A stretch of DNA of 64,000 nt from the human T2T-CHM13v2.0 reference genome, Homo sapiens: NCBI RefSeq assembly GCF_009914755.1, contig NC_060939.1; one strand, given 5' to 3'. The notes under the pieces were generated by a model. The model was not told the DNA's origin. It did no database searches and was given only the letters and a program-made list of their open reading frames with translations. Below are positions 1 to 13,621 of the stretch, piece after piece. Position 1 is the stretch's first letter, and each line of letters starts with the position of its first letter. The position numbers and the translations under genes are program-made.

Positions 1-942
1 CAAAAGGATTTCTGGGGCTTTTCTACTAGGACTCTTTTCTCTTTGTCCTGCAAAAAGGCAACGTAGCATATTGTCATCTCTGAGGTCCTTGGGTGTTGAC
101 GCTGTCTACTTGCTCTTCATTGAGTTTCCTTTGACCCTGGCCCAACCCCCAGCCTCTAGCTGGAAAGTCAGTGCAGGGAAGCCATGAGCAGAGAATTGGG
201 CATCTCCCCTTGGAGTCTCATATCTTCTGACCTAGCAGAGCTGGACTCTAATCATTGGGCTACACTTCAAATTATAGCATTCCCAAGACTTCAGCAAAAA
301 CAAGTAAGTCCTTGGCAAGTGGTGGAAGTTGGGACATTTTGTTTTCAAAATTGTTCCTCGGCTTCTCCCATGTCTGTGTACGGCTGCCAAAGAACTTTTG
401 GTTTATTCGTTTGCTTCTTGGATTTTATGATTTTGAATAATTAGTAGTAAATGTGTCAAAAATTAGTGATCACTTCAAGCCAAGAGTAATGCTAGTTCAT
501 CCTCAGCTAATCCTATTGGATTTTCTCTGCTTTACCTGGTCTTAGGTTATAAAAGCTTTTTTTTAACTTAAGAGAGCAAAACACTTGGGCTGGGGCCCAT
601 ATGAGCCCATATTCTGATTTTTACACACATGCAGTTGATGTCAGGGCAAAGCCTGAGTGTGGTGTCACACTGTTCCCTGCCTTTTAATGGAATTTGATGA
701 CAAATGGGTTCTTGGCTGCATGGGATCTAAAGCACATAGTGAGGGTTCAGCTGCATACATCCTGCACACTCCAGATCCCCTTCAACTTACACCCACATTC
801 CTGTGGGGATTACGCCAAGTAAAACGAGGAAAACCAGTCTATAAAACTCTCATGGTGAAAAACTGCCAGGTATGGTCTCCATCAGATTACTTAATGGGTG
901 TCTTTTTTCTTTAATGCTGTTGAGATGATAATATTAGGTGTA

Positions 943-1110
943 TCATTTACCAAATACTTATTGGATTCCAGACACCATGCTAAAAACTTCACGTATGCTC
1001 TCTCATTTCATCCTCACAACAGTCAAAATAGCTAAGTATGAGTATGATCATTTCTGCTCTTACGATGAGCAACCATGTACTCCGAGAGGTGTACTTAAGC
1101 TTCCCTGAGC
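943..1110 (-). mobile_element. MIR SINE fragment
   Basis: tcatttcatcctcacaac ... cttacgatgag ... gagagg degenerate MIR core in reverse orientation. Confidence 0.55.
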
Positions 1111-1549
1111 AAGTAGGAAGGGGTTGGGGATGCAGGAGCAGAGTTAAGGCCTGCATTAATGTCCTGCTGTTGGTGACAGGCATTTTAGGTGTAGCTTTTG
1201 CTGATTTTTGTTCACATCTTTCTGTGCTTCTCGGAATACTCCAGAAAAGGCGCATCATGGGAGCTGCTAAATGATTTATTGTATGTTACTCTGGAGAAGG
1301 CTACTTTAAAGCAAGTTTACTTTAAATAGCAAGCTCCTGGTCCCTTTGAAATAAGCTCCTATTTGCTTGGATAGATCTTATCCATATTCATAATAGGCAT
1401 TTTAAACAGGTAGGTGTGTTTCCATTGGAGACATGTTCTGTCTCAGCGTTCTCTAGGGACCTTGTTATGATCAGGCAATGAATGAGTTTCTAGCATGAGC
1501 TGTTTCCATCATGGCACCCCCTGAGCTGGAGCGCAAGGGAGCTCAGTGA

Positions 1550-1730
1550 CTATTGAGCATTGCTGATTGCATCAGACATATTATCTCCTTTAACCTCACA
1601 GCTGCCCTTGGCATTATTACAGAAGAGGAAACTGAGGCACAGAGAGGTTAAGGCATACCAAGCCGGATGACTAGTAAATGATCCAACCAGGATTGGACAC
1701 CTTTCTCTTAACTGCTGTGCTGTTGCTTTC
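1550..1730 (-). mobile_element. MIR SINE
   Basis: ttacagaagaggaaactgaggcacagagaggttaagg is the MIR core. Confidence 0.8.
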
Positions 1731-2919
1731 CCTAAATGCAACGTTTTGTCTCTTAAATCCCGATGCATCTCCGTCGCAAATGTGGACTTGTTTCGCACTA
1801 AAGGGGGTCAGAACAGAGAGGCCAGCAATTCACACTGGGTGGCCCATGTGTTGTGGGAAGGGGTGTGTTGTACTTTGGAGTCGCAGATGCTTAATCTAAG
1901 TTAAGTCTCATGATTGCTCATCTCTGAAATTGGAGAGTGGTTCTTGTCCTTTGTCTAACTTCTAGGGAAATTTTGTAGGGAAGAAGGAGCTGCCAGCAGA
2001 TGAAGGGGGTTAATTAGATTTGTACTTTATATCCAACATATCTATAAAAAGATTTGTGCATCTACAAGGAATTATGACTTTTTAGCCAAGTTTATAATTA
2101 TGCCGTTATGAAGATACATGTATTACATGGGACTCCTAAACTTTTACAAATAAAGCAAAATGAGAACAATAAATTTGTTTGCTAGAGATAAAGTTAACGT
2201 TATGGGCCCATTATGGGGATACATTTCTGTATTTTATAATCTCCATAGAAAACATTATTTCATATATAAATATAACCCAATAAAAATAAATCTGTGAAGT
2301 GGTTACACATGTTATAATGGAAAGTATTTTAACCACAAGAAATGGCCCATCTGTACAATTATGTCTCCTTTGTTTTTATTCTTCTTCAGAAAATCTCTTC
2401 ATCAATTCCCTTGTTAGTCAGGAATGAATCTACCTGTCTCTTGAAATAGATTTTTGCCTATTTTCATAGCGGCTTTGAGCTTCTTCAGTTACTTTAGCTG
2501 TAGTACATAAACATTAGTTGAAATTGTGTGGTAAATCTTCATTCTTATGACTACAGGATTATTGTGTTTTCAAATGGTATGGGATGATTGAGAAGATAGA
2601 TGGAAAAGAGAAAGATAGATGGGATTCCATTGGTCACAGTAACACACTCACTCTAGCCAGCATAAGTGAAAAGGGAGACTTATAAGAAGGTTATAGAGTA
2701 TCTTAGGGACCCAAAGGCAGGGGTGACATGACCCTCGGAAATGAATGGCAGCTGATTTGAGGAAGGTAACTCCCTACTCAGTGTTCACTAAGAGCACATG
2801 TGTGCACGAATGTCAGTAAAGTCAGGGAGGAAAAATTGTGACAGAGAAGGAGAGTGGACATTGATATCGTGTATTCCTTAACTTCAACACGAGATTTTAA
2901 AAGTTAAGTAGCTCCATTG

Positions 2920-3950
<1,031 letters not shown>

Positions 3951-3975
3951 TGTTTTTGTTACTATAAAGAAATAA

Positions 3976-4259
<284 letters not shown>

Positions 4260-4279
4260 TACATATATATATACATTTT

Positions 4280-4283
<4 letters not shown>

Positions 4284-4319
<36 letters not shown>
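4284..4319. repeat. (AT)18 microsatellite
   Basis: Perfect AT dinucleotide run just after the Alu tail. Confidence 0.95.
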
Positions 4320-4326
<7 letters not shown>

Positions 4327-5298
4327 ACATATGAAGGCCTTTTTAAGAATGACACCAAAATATGCAACTATAAAGGACTGAGACATGTAGCTAGTAACAA
4401 TTTTTTTAATCTAAAATTTTTGAATGGCAAAAATAGAGCAGAAATTTTAAAAACAATGATACTTTTGTCAAAAAATAAAATAACAAACTAGCAAATGAGT
4501 ACTGGTACTCATTTGCTTTTATTTTGAGTTTATTCTTCCATAAGTAGGGAGAGAGAGATGTAGAGTTTTCTTTCCTAAATGCTAAACAACACCATTTGTT
4601 AACTAGTCTGTCATACCCACCCAGATTTGATTGCACGTACTTGGGACTGTTTCATATGAATCCTGTATCTGGATGTTTATTCTGTTTCGTAGATAACGTG
4701 TGTGTGTTCTCACACAGGCGCCTGTTCCTTTACTGTGGCTAGGCCATTTTGTTGATTTCTACAATTGATTATAGTGCTTCTCTGCTTCAAATTGGGTTTC
4801 CATGGAGCAAGTTCCCAGTGCCTTAGAGAACCAGGAGCCACATGGGAACAGCAAAATCAAGAAGGGACCACTTCACAGATGTGTTAGAGGAGCTAAATAG
4901 GAAAAAAAGAAGACAAGAGCACCTCATGTAAACTAATTTTAAAAAGAAGCAGAGTGCAATGCCTGAGATTTTTGTTTTCGACATTGAGGGAGGTGGATGT
5001 CTGTATTTGGTTTTTGTTTAAATTCAAAGCCATTAAAGCATTCCTACCACAAGGAAGAAGAAAATGTGTTTTGTCTCTCTGCCAGCAGTAACATAATTTT
5101 GGTCTTCAAAATAAGTGTCTTGGGACCTGAATTCCCTGTGGGTAAAGAAAATTCCCAGCCCATGTGTTGTGGCAGAAATTCATTGTTTCCTGAGTTATTT
5201 CCTTTCATGCTTAGTGTGGGGGAAATGACCAAATGTATAGATTGAGATTCTTTTTCAAAAACATTACTTGATTCTGATGATTGTTATTATGATTTTAG

Positions 5299-5374
5299 GT
5301 GCTGCAGGAGGCTTCTCACATGCTTTGGGATATCTTCAGGGAAATACGCTCTTAATAGAAACTGAGAATTTAAG
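5299..5374 (+). other. TLN2: TLN2 non-coding 5'-UTR exon (76 nt)
   Basis: Acceptor ttattatgattttAG| (5297-5298), consensus donor AAG|GTAAGT (5375), unique sequence. The size agrees with my recollection of the reference TLN2 5'-UTR structure (from memory, not verified). Confidence 0.8.
5320..5355 (+). other. uORF1 in TLN2 leader, MLWDIFREIRS* (11 aa)
   Basis: ATG 5320 to TAA 5353-5355, followed by a second stop TAG; lies wholly in the 76-nt exon; weak Kozak (cacATGc). Confidence 0.6.
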
Positions 5375-5611
5375 GTAAGTCCTTTCGCAAAGATACTTTG
5401 TTCTTATCAATTGGCCAATCCCCTGCATTGGTATAGTTTTGTAAAGTGTTAAAACTGCTGTCTGTTATGCTGTCTCGTTTCATCTTCACTGTGGTTTTGC
5501 GAGGCAGGTGTGAAGAGTGCCCGGTCCTAATATTCCCATTCCTGTCTGATTTTTCCTCCTGGTAGCTTGGTGAGGTGATGGTAGGGGCCCAGAGGAGGAG
5601 CTGAGTAGCTG

Positions 5612-5641
5612 GGTTTTTGTTTTTGTTTTTGTTTTTGTTTT
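5612..5641. repeat. (GTTTTT)n simple repeat
   Basis: About 5 units seen directly. Confidence 0.85.
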
Positions 5642-5768
5642 AATCATATTGGACCTTATAGTGTGAATTCTCATTCACTCACACTGGTTTGCTTCATAAA
5701 TCTTTTCTTAGTGTGACGTGAGGGGGTAAGTGCTGGGTAAGGAATTAATGTAGAAACTTCTAGTGGTC

Positions 5769-6184
5769 TTTTTTTTAATTTTTATTTTAAGTTCAGGGTA
5801 CATGGGCAGGTTTGTTTCGTAGGTAAACGTGTCATGGGAGTTCATTGTACAGATTATTTCATCACCCAGGTATTAAGTCTAGTGTCCATTAGTTATTTTT
5901 CCTGATCCTCTCCCTCTTCCCAACCTCCATGCCCCAGTAGGCCCCAGTGTGTGTTGTTCTCCTCTCTTCCCCATTGTTTCCGTGTGTTCTCATCATTTAG
6001 CTCACATTTATAAGTGAGAATATGTGGTATTTGGTTTTCTGTTCCTGTATTAGTTTACTGAGAATAATGGCCTCCAGCCCCATCCATCTTCCTGCAAAGA
6101 ACATGATCTTGTTCTTTTTTATGGCTGCATCGTATCCCACGGTGTATATGTACCACATTTTCTTTATCTAGTCTGTCATTGATA
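5769..6184 (-). mobile_element. 5'-truncated primate L1PA 3' end (about L1PA13-16)
   Basis: Poly-T then the L1PA 3'-UTR (ttcatcacccaggtattaag..., aagtgagaatatgtggtatttggttttctgttcc); diverged TSD ttctagtggtcttt / ctccagtagtcttt. Confidence 0.88.
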
Positions 6185-9100
6185 TCTCCAGTAGTCTTTG
6201 AACTGAAACTGGTTGGTGGTTGCTGGAGCCCTCCATGGTTGGGAAACAATTGTTCTAGCATGAGATAAAGTAAACTTTGGTTGTAGATTATTGTTTTCCA
6301 GTTTTGGTTGTCCTGGGGGGGTTGTGTGATCCCAAGTAGTGTGTACGAAGCATCCTGGGCAGAGACACAGGGTTCTTCTGCCGGTCTTAGTTGATGCTCT
6401 TACTCGGTAGCTGTATCATGGCACACCCAGATGTATCAGTTCTGTTCCTGACCAGCTGCAGAACTTGGGACAGGTTAGTTAATCTTTGTTTCCTTCTCTT
6501 CTTTGGAAATTATGTAGATTGGTCTAACCTGGTCATGCCTCTACTTTAAAATTTTGTGGAATAGGAAAAAAAAAGTCAGGACCTATTTCTATTTTTTTTT
6601 TTTGGCTGTATATAAAGAAAGTTGATGATTAAAGCTGGATAGGTGAATGAGGGTTCACTATATATTTACATACTGTTCTTTGTATTTTGTGTGTGGAATT
6701 TTTAATAATCAAAGGTTTATTTTCACAAAATAACTACCATCTACTAATATAATTTTGCCAAAGAGAAAATAATACTAAAAGAATAGGATTATTCCTAAAT
6801 TTGTCTTTAGATTGTATGTATTTAGCATTATGAAAATGCTGTTTATTTCCTATGTCTTCCTCATTTCTCTGTAGTCCAGTGACTAGCAGCCATAGACTAA
6901 CCAAAATTGGTCTGAGAACTGGTGTTTGGGAAATACTGGGACACATGACTGCTGAGGGCTCTTCTGCCTCTAAGACTGTATCATTCCTCTGAAGCAGGAA
7001 AGAAAGGTACTTTACCTGTACATTGCCTGTTTCCAGAAAATGCTGTGACATCTGGCATGGTCAAACTAGAGAGGTCAGAGGGCCATACAGAAGGGATTCT
7101 ATTGGGAACCTTGAGTAAAAATGGCCCATTTGTGCGAACATCCAGTTTAGCTTTGAGTCACACCATGGTCAAGGTAAAGACAAAACTTGACAGTTTTAAG
7201 TAACCTGATGGAAGTGTACAGACTCCTTCCTTCCCACCATTGTGGGGCAGCCTCTGGCCAGATGTGATCTGACAGATAAGTATCTGACTGGCATGTGGGG
7301 ATGCTGAGAGCCAGGGGTGAGGCGGGTAGAATACTGGACTCCAAGGAGACCAGTGCATACCTTGGGTGTGAGGAGCTCCAGGCTGGGTGTGGAGGTCGAG
7401 GGCACAGCTCAGAGTTCCGAGCTGATGGCAATGGGATCAGGTGTGCTCAGGATGGAGAAGAGCTTTCCTGACCAGAGGACCGTCTGAGAATCCAGGGGTG
7501 GATATTGTCCTTTGAGGACCCCCAGAGGGTGCTGAGTGGTCCAATCTGGCTAAAAGACCTGGGGCACAGTGGCCGGGAAACACATCAGATCTATGCCGTT
7601 ACCAAGACTTCAGATCTGAAAGGAGTGTTCTGGGTGGATTCTTAAGCCGTTATCTGTGGGAAATGGAAAACTGTGCTTTCTGTTTACTTCCCCTTGGGGT
7701 ATGGGGATGTGTATAAGGAGGAGGGTGGGAGGAAGACAGAGGGAATAAAGGACTGAATTATTTAGCACAGTAAAATGATGTGGGGAAGAGCAGCAATACC
7801 TGTTCCAAGAAGCCTGCACAATCCTAGCTGCTTCTGAGAGTCCTGAGAAGTTATGTGTACTCTGCGTTGATTGGAATATGGTGATTCAGTCCTTTGGAAT
7901 TGTCCCTTAGTGATTTCTGGCTTTCATTTGTCTTAACATTCTGATTTTCTGGGAAACCCAAATGAAATTTGACAGACTTACCTAGTTGTTTTCTGTTGTG
8001 TCAACTCTCGGTTTGCTGCCTAATTGGTATGCTTCACATGGGTTTCCTCTACCCGGGAATGTTTATTCTCTTCCCTTTTTAGGAAAAAGCTGTATTGAAC
8101 AACAACAGAAACATTTGTTTTAAATGTATAGTAATATGAGAGATTACCTGAAGTCCTAACATGTCTGAAAGTATATAAAGTCTGAATAAATGCTAGGAGG
8201 AGCTTTTATTTTGACATAAACCAGAGGAAGGAGAATTGCTTTAAGTGATGTGGACCAGTCCAAAGTCTGAATAAAAGTTAATGAATGAACAATGTAACCA
8301 ATCAATCATGCTCTTGAGTCTTTCACAAGGCTAAGACATTCTGGATGAGATCTTGTAGGGATGAGCAGTTGAGAATTTGAGACGGCCACGCTTTGCAGGA
8401 ATAAACATGATGCTTTAAAGAGTTACATGCATTCATGGATGTGTGTGCATGTGAGAAAAGGGTGATTGATAGATGGGGTGGGGGAATGATAAATGATTTG
8501 TTTGGCATTTTATGTAATGACTTGTGATATATTCTGGATTTGAGATTAAATGCAATATTCTGACCTTATCTCTGTGTTCCCTGAAAGCTTGTAAGAAAAA
8601 TATTTTAAAATCTATTTTCAATGAAAAATATTGTTTTTGGCTCTCAGGGAATTTTTAGTTCCCACTGCTATTTAGGGAGAATTGTTGAATCTGTGAAATT
8701 CAAAGGAGGATCTTTGCAGCTCTTTGTCATTCTGTACCAGTCATTTAAGGGCTATGACGTCAGTGAAGAGAAGTTGTTCCATGCTTCCTTCATTAAAAAT
8801 GTAACCTGTTATGCACTTTTGTCTTCCTGCCACCCTCCATTAGCTGATTCTTTGGATTATGCTTCTTGATGACTGTAGGCATCATTTGGTCTCCCACCTG
8901 CAGGCTCCCTGAGTGACTGAGAGTTCTTCTTAGCACTGTCAATCAAGATTCCTGGACCTAGGCTGCGCTCCTCACTCTGCTGTTTGTGCTTAGTAAATGT
9001 TTCAGAACAACAATAACAATTTCCAGGCTATTTTTCATAATTAAACTTACTAAACCATGGTATAATAGGGTATGCTGTTTCCATGCATTTTTTGGCTAAT

Positions 9101-9815
9101 TATGTTCATCAGTTAATTTCTTTCCACATTAAGAAGCCCCCCTGGAGAACTCAAGATCTGAGACTTTTCTATGTAAGAATTGATTGGATTTCATGGACTC
9201 GATGACTCTAGAATACATTTATCTGCAATTGAGTATTTTTCTATAGAACTTGAACCTTTGAAAACAATCACTTTTCTTTTTTAGCTGCGAAATTCCATAC
9301 TGGGAAGATCTAAAATGGCCATTAAAGCCATTCTATTCTGTTTACAACAAATCAGAATTGGACAGCTTTCCAAATCCATAAAATAACTAGTGTACTACTT
9401 ATAGAGTGTAAACATGACTTTACCAAGATTAAAATAAACACATGTAAGGCCAGCTGCAGTGCTGTCAACACACCACTATAAAGCCTGATAAACGTTGAGG
9501 AAAATCCTGCTGCTGTGATGTAAACAATGATCTTATGGAGGATCTTTTATTTAAAAAATTTAATCAAAATATTGCATGCAAATGGATAAAAATAAGAAAC
9601 ATCTGTATGAAACCACAAAAGACCCTGAATAGCCAAAGCAATCTAGAGCAAAAAGAACAAAGCTGGAGGCATTATACTACCTTACCTCAAAATATGCTAC
9701 AAAGTGATAGTAATCGAAACAGCATGGGTACTGGTATAAAAACAGACACATAGACCAGTGGAACAGAATAGAGAGCCCAGAAATAAATCCACACAGTTAC
9801 GGTCAATTGATTTTT

Positions 9816-10114
9816 ATTGTTGTTATTTGTTTGTTTTGGAGACAGGATCTCTCTCTGACACCCAGGCTGGAGTGCTGTGGTGAGTCCTGACTCACTGCAG
9901 CCTTGACCTCCTAGGCACAAGTGATCCTTTCACTGCAGCCTCCTGAGTAGCTAGTACTACAGGCATGTGCCACCACGCCCAGCTAATTTTTAATTTTTTT
10001 GGAGAGAGAGGGTCTCCCTATGTTGCCCAGGCTGGTTTCAAACTCCTAGGCTCAAGTGATCCTCCCACCTCAGCCTCTCAAAGTGCTGGGATTACAGACG
10101 TAGCCACCATGCCC
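9816..10114 (-). mobile_element. AluJ nested in L1MA
   Basis: AluJ features (ggctcaagtgatcctccc); TSD tcaattgattttt at 9803-9815 and 10127-10139. Confidence 0.9.
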
Positions 10115-10737
10115 ATCTCACCCACCTCAATTGATTTTTGACAAAGGTACCAAGAACACACAATGGGGAAAGGGCAGTCTCTTCAATAAATAGTGTTGGG
10201 ACAACTGGATATCCACATGCAGAAAAATGAAATTAGACCATATCTCACATTATATACAAAAATCAACTGAAAATGGGTGAAAGACATCTATGTAAGACCT
10301 GAAACAGTAAAACTGTTAAAAGAAAACATAAGGGAAAAGCTCTGTGACATTGGTCTGGGCAAGGATGTTTTTGGATATAAACACAAAAGTGCAGGCAATG
10401 AAAACAGAAATAGACAAATGGGATTACATTAAACTAAAGCTTCTGCAAAGCTTAGGAAACAAGAGTGAGGAGACAGCCTGCAGAATGGGAGAAAATGTTT
10501 GTAAATCATGCATCTGATAAGGGGTTACTATGCAAAATATATGAAGAACTCAAACAATAGTAAGAAAACAACCCTATTAAAAATGAGCAAAGAATCTGAA
10601 TAGACATTTCTCAAAAGAAGATACACAAATGGCCAACAAGTATATGAAAAAATACTCAACATCACTAATCATCAGGGAAATGAAAATTAAAACCACAATG
10701 AGATAGTACCTCACACTTGTTAGGATGGCTATCATCA

Positions 10738-11117
<380 letters not shown>

Positions 11118-11605
11118 TTAATATGGTCATAATGGAAAACAGATTAGAGACTCCTCAAAAAATTAAAAATAGAACTTCTATATGATCCCTTAATCCAACA
11201 TGTCGAAGAGATGTCTGCACTCCTATGTTCATTGCAGCACTGTTCACAGTAGCTGGGATATGGAATCAACATAAGTGTCCATCATTGGATGAATAGATAA
11301 AGAAAATGTGGTATACATACACAGTGAAATACTATTCAGCCTTCAAGGAAATTGTCATTTGTAGCAACATGGATGAACCTGGAGAGCATTACATTAAGTG
11401 AAATAAGGTAGGCATAGAAAGACAAATACCCGTGTTCTTAATTACATGTGGAATCTAAAAAATTTGAACTCAGAAAAGTAGAAAGAGGTGGTTACCAGTG
11501 CTGGGGAGATGTTGTTCAAAGGATACAAAATTTCAGTTAGATATAAAGAATAAGTTCAAGAGCTCTGTTGCACAGCATGGTGACTACAGTTAATAATGTA
11601 TTCTT

Positions 11606-11932
<327 letters not shown>

Positions 11933-12066
11933 TTATCACAAAAAAAATACGTTAACATATGTTAACTAGCTTGATTTAGTCATTCTATGATATACATATT
12001 TAAAAATGACACATTATAGCATGTTCTATAACTTTTATTTGTTAATATATTTTAAAATTTTAATTA

Positions 12067-12390
<324 letters not shown>

Positions 12391-13258
12391 TCAAAGTATT
12401 GCATGCAAATGGCTAAAAGTAGGAAACATTACAGAAAAGCTTATAGTGAAAAGCAACAGCATCTTGCCTTCCTTCACTTATTTCTACTTCTTAGAGCAAC
12501 TACTTTTTTTCCTGTAGATTGTTTTTGCTTCTTTTACGGGGGCTTCCACACGTAAAAACATGGTGCTTGCAACTCAGCTCCTCACTTTGTCAATCTTAAA
12601 GGCTGTTTCATGGTAGCTTGTTGGGATGGCAGATCACGCTGTTAGTTCTCTCTAACCATCCCCATCTCCCTGCCTCCCTAAAGCTGATTCTTGCTTTCAG
12701 TCCTGCTGTTCCCCTTTGCACCCTCAGATGACACAGGCAGCCAGCCTTTTTCTTTTTCTGTCTCCTAGATACACTATTTGTTGTCTCCCACCAACATGCT
12801 CCCAGTCCAACCCCTCAATTTCAGGCAGCTGTACCTTTAATTTTATATTCTGTTCTTCAATCTCACTCAGTAAAGGCTTCCATGATTTTATCTCTAGATT
12901 CTGAATGTTAAAAACCAGTAAGTGGTATTTCCTCTATTATGATTAAGTAGATGCTGTTCCCATCGGAACCTAGTTGTAGAGTGGGATTCTAATCCTCAGA
13001 GCCTGAAGTCCTCACCCTTTTGCCCCTCAGTGGAGTATGTTTAAATGGATTCCCCTTTTATACTGCAGCAGCTATCTTGAAGCTAGCCTCCAGTTCTTCT
13101 GGGTTCTCAGTCACCCCATCGCCTCTCTCAGGAGCCCGCTTTGTTTCTGGAGGTCTTGCTCTCACAGCCCGCCCTCCTTGGTCAGGACAGGTTGATCTCT
13201 AGGTACACTGCACAGGGCTCAGCAAATGCCAGTGGCCAAGGAAAGCTCGTGATTACTA

Positions 13259-13621
13259 CAGCTTGAGCATTCCTTATCCAGACTGCTTGGGTCCAGAAGT
13301 GCTTCAGATTTCATTTTTTTTTCCAGATTTTTGGAATATTTACATATACATAATGAGATGTCTTTGGGATGGGACCCAAGTCTATACATGAAGTTTATTT
13401 ATGTTTTACATATACCTGATACACATAGTCTGAAGGTAATTTTATACATCATTTAAAATAATTTTGTGCGTGAAACAAAGTTTTACTGTATGTTGACTGT
13501 GACATGTCACATGAGTTCAGGTGTGGAATTTTCCACTTGTGGTGTCTTGGCAACACTCAGAAAGTTTCAGACTTTGGAACATTTCAGGTTTCAGATTTTC
13601 AGATTAGGTATGCTCAACCTG
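13259..13621. mobile_element. Tigger4b/MER46-type (Zombi) non-autonomous TcMar DNA transposon
   Basis: TIRs cagcttgagcattccttatcc / gattaggtatgctcaacctg flanked by TA on both sides; internal gggatgggacccaagtct. Confidence 0.85.

Noticed and set aside
9535-9753. ORF over L1 ORF2 sequence
   Set aside because: Truncated, frameshifted L1MA remnant interrupted by Alus; not a functional gene.
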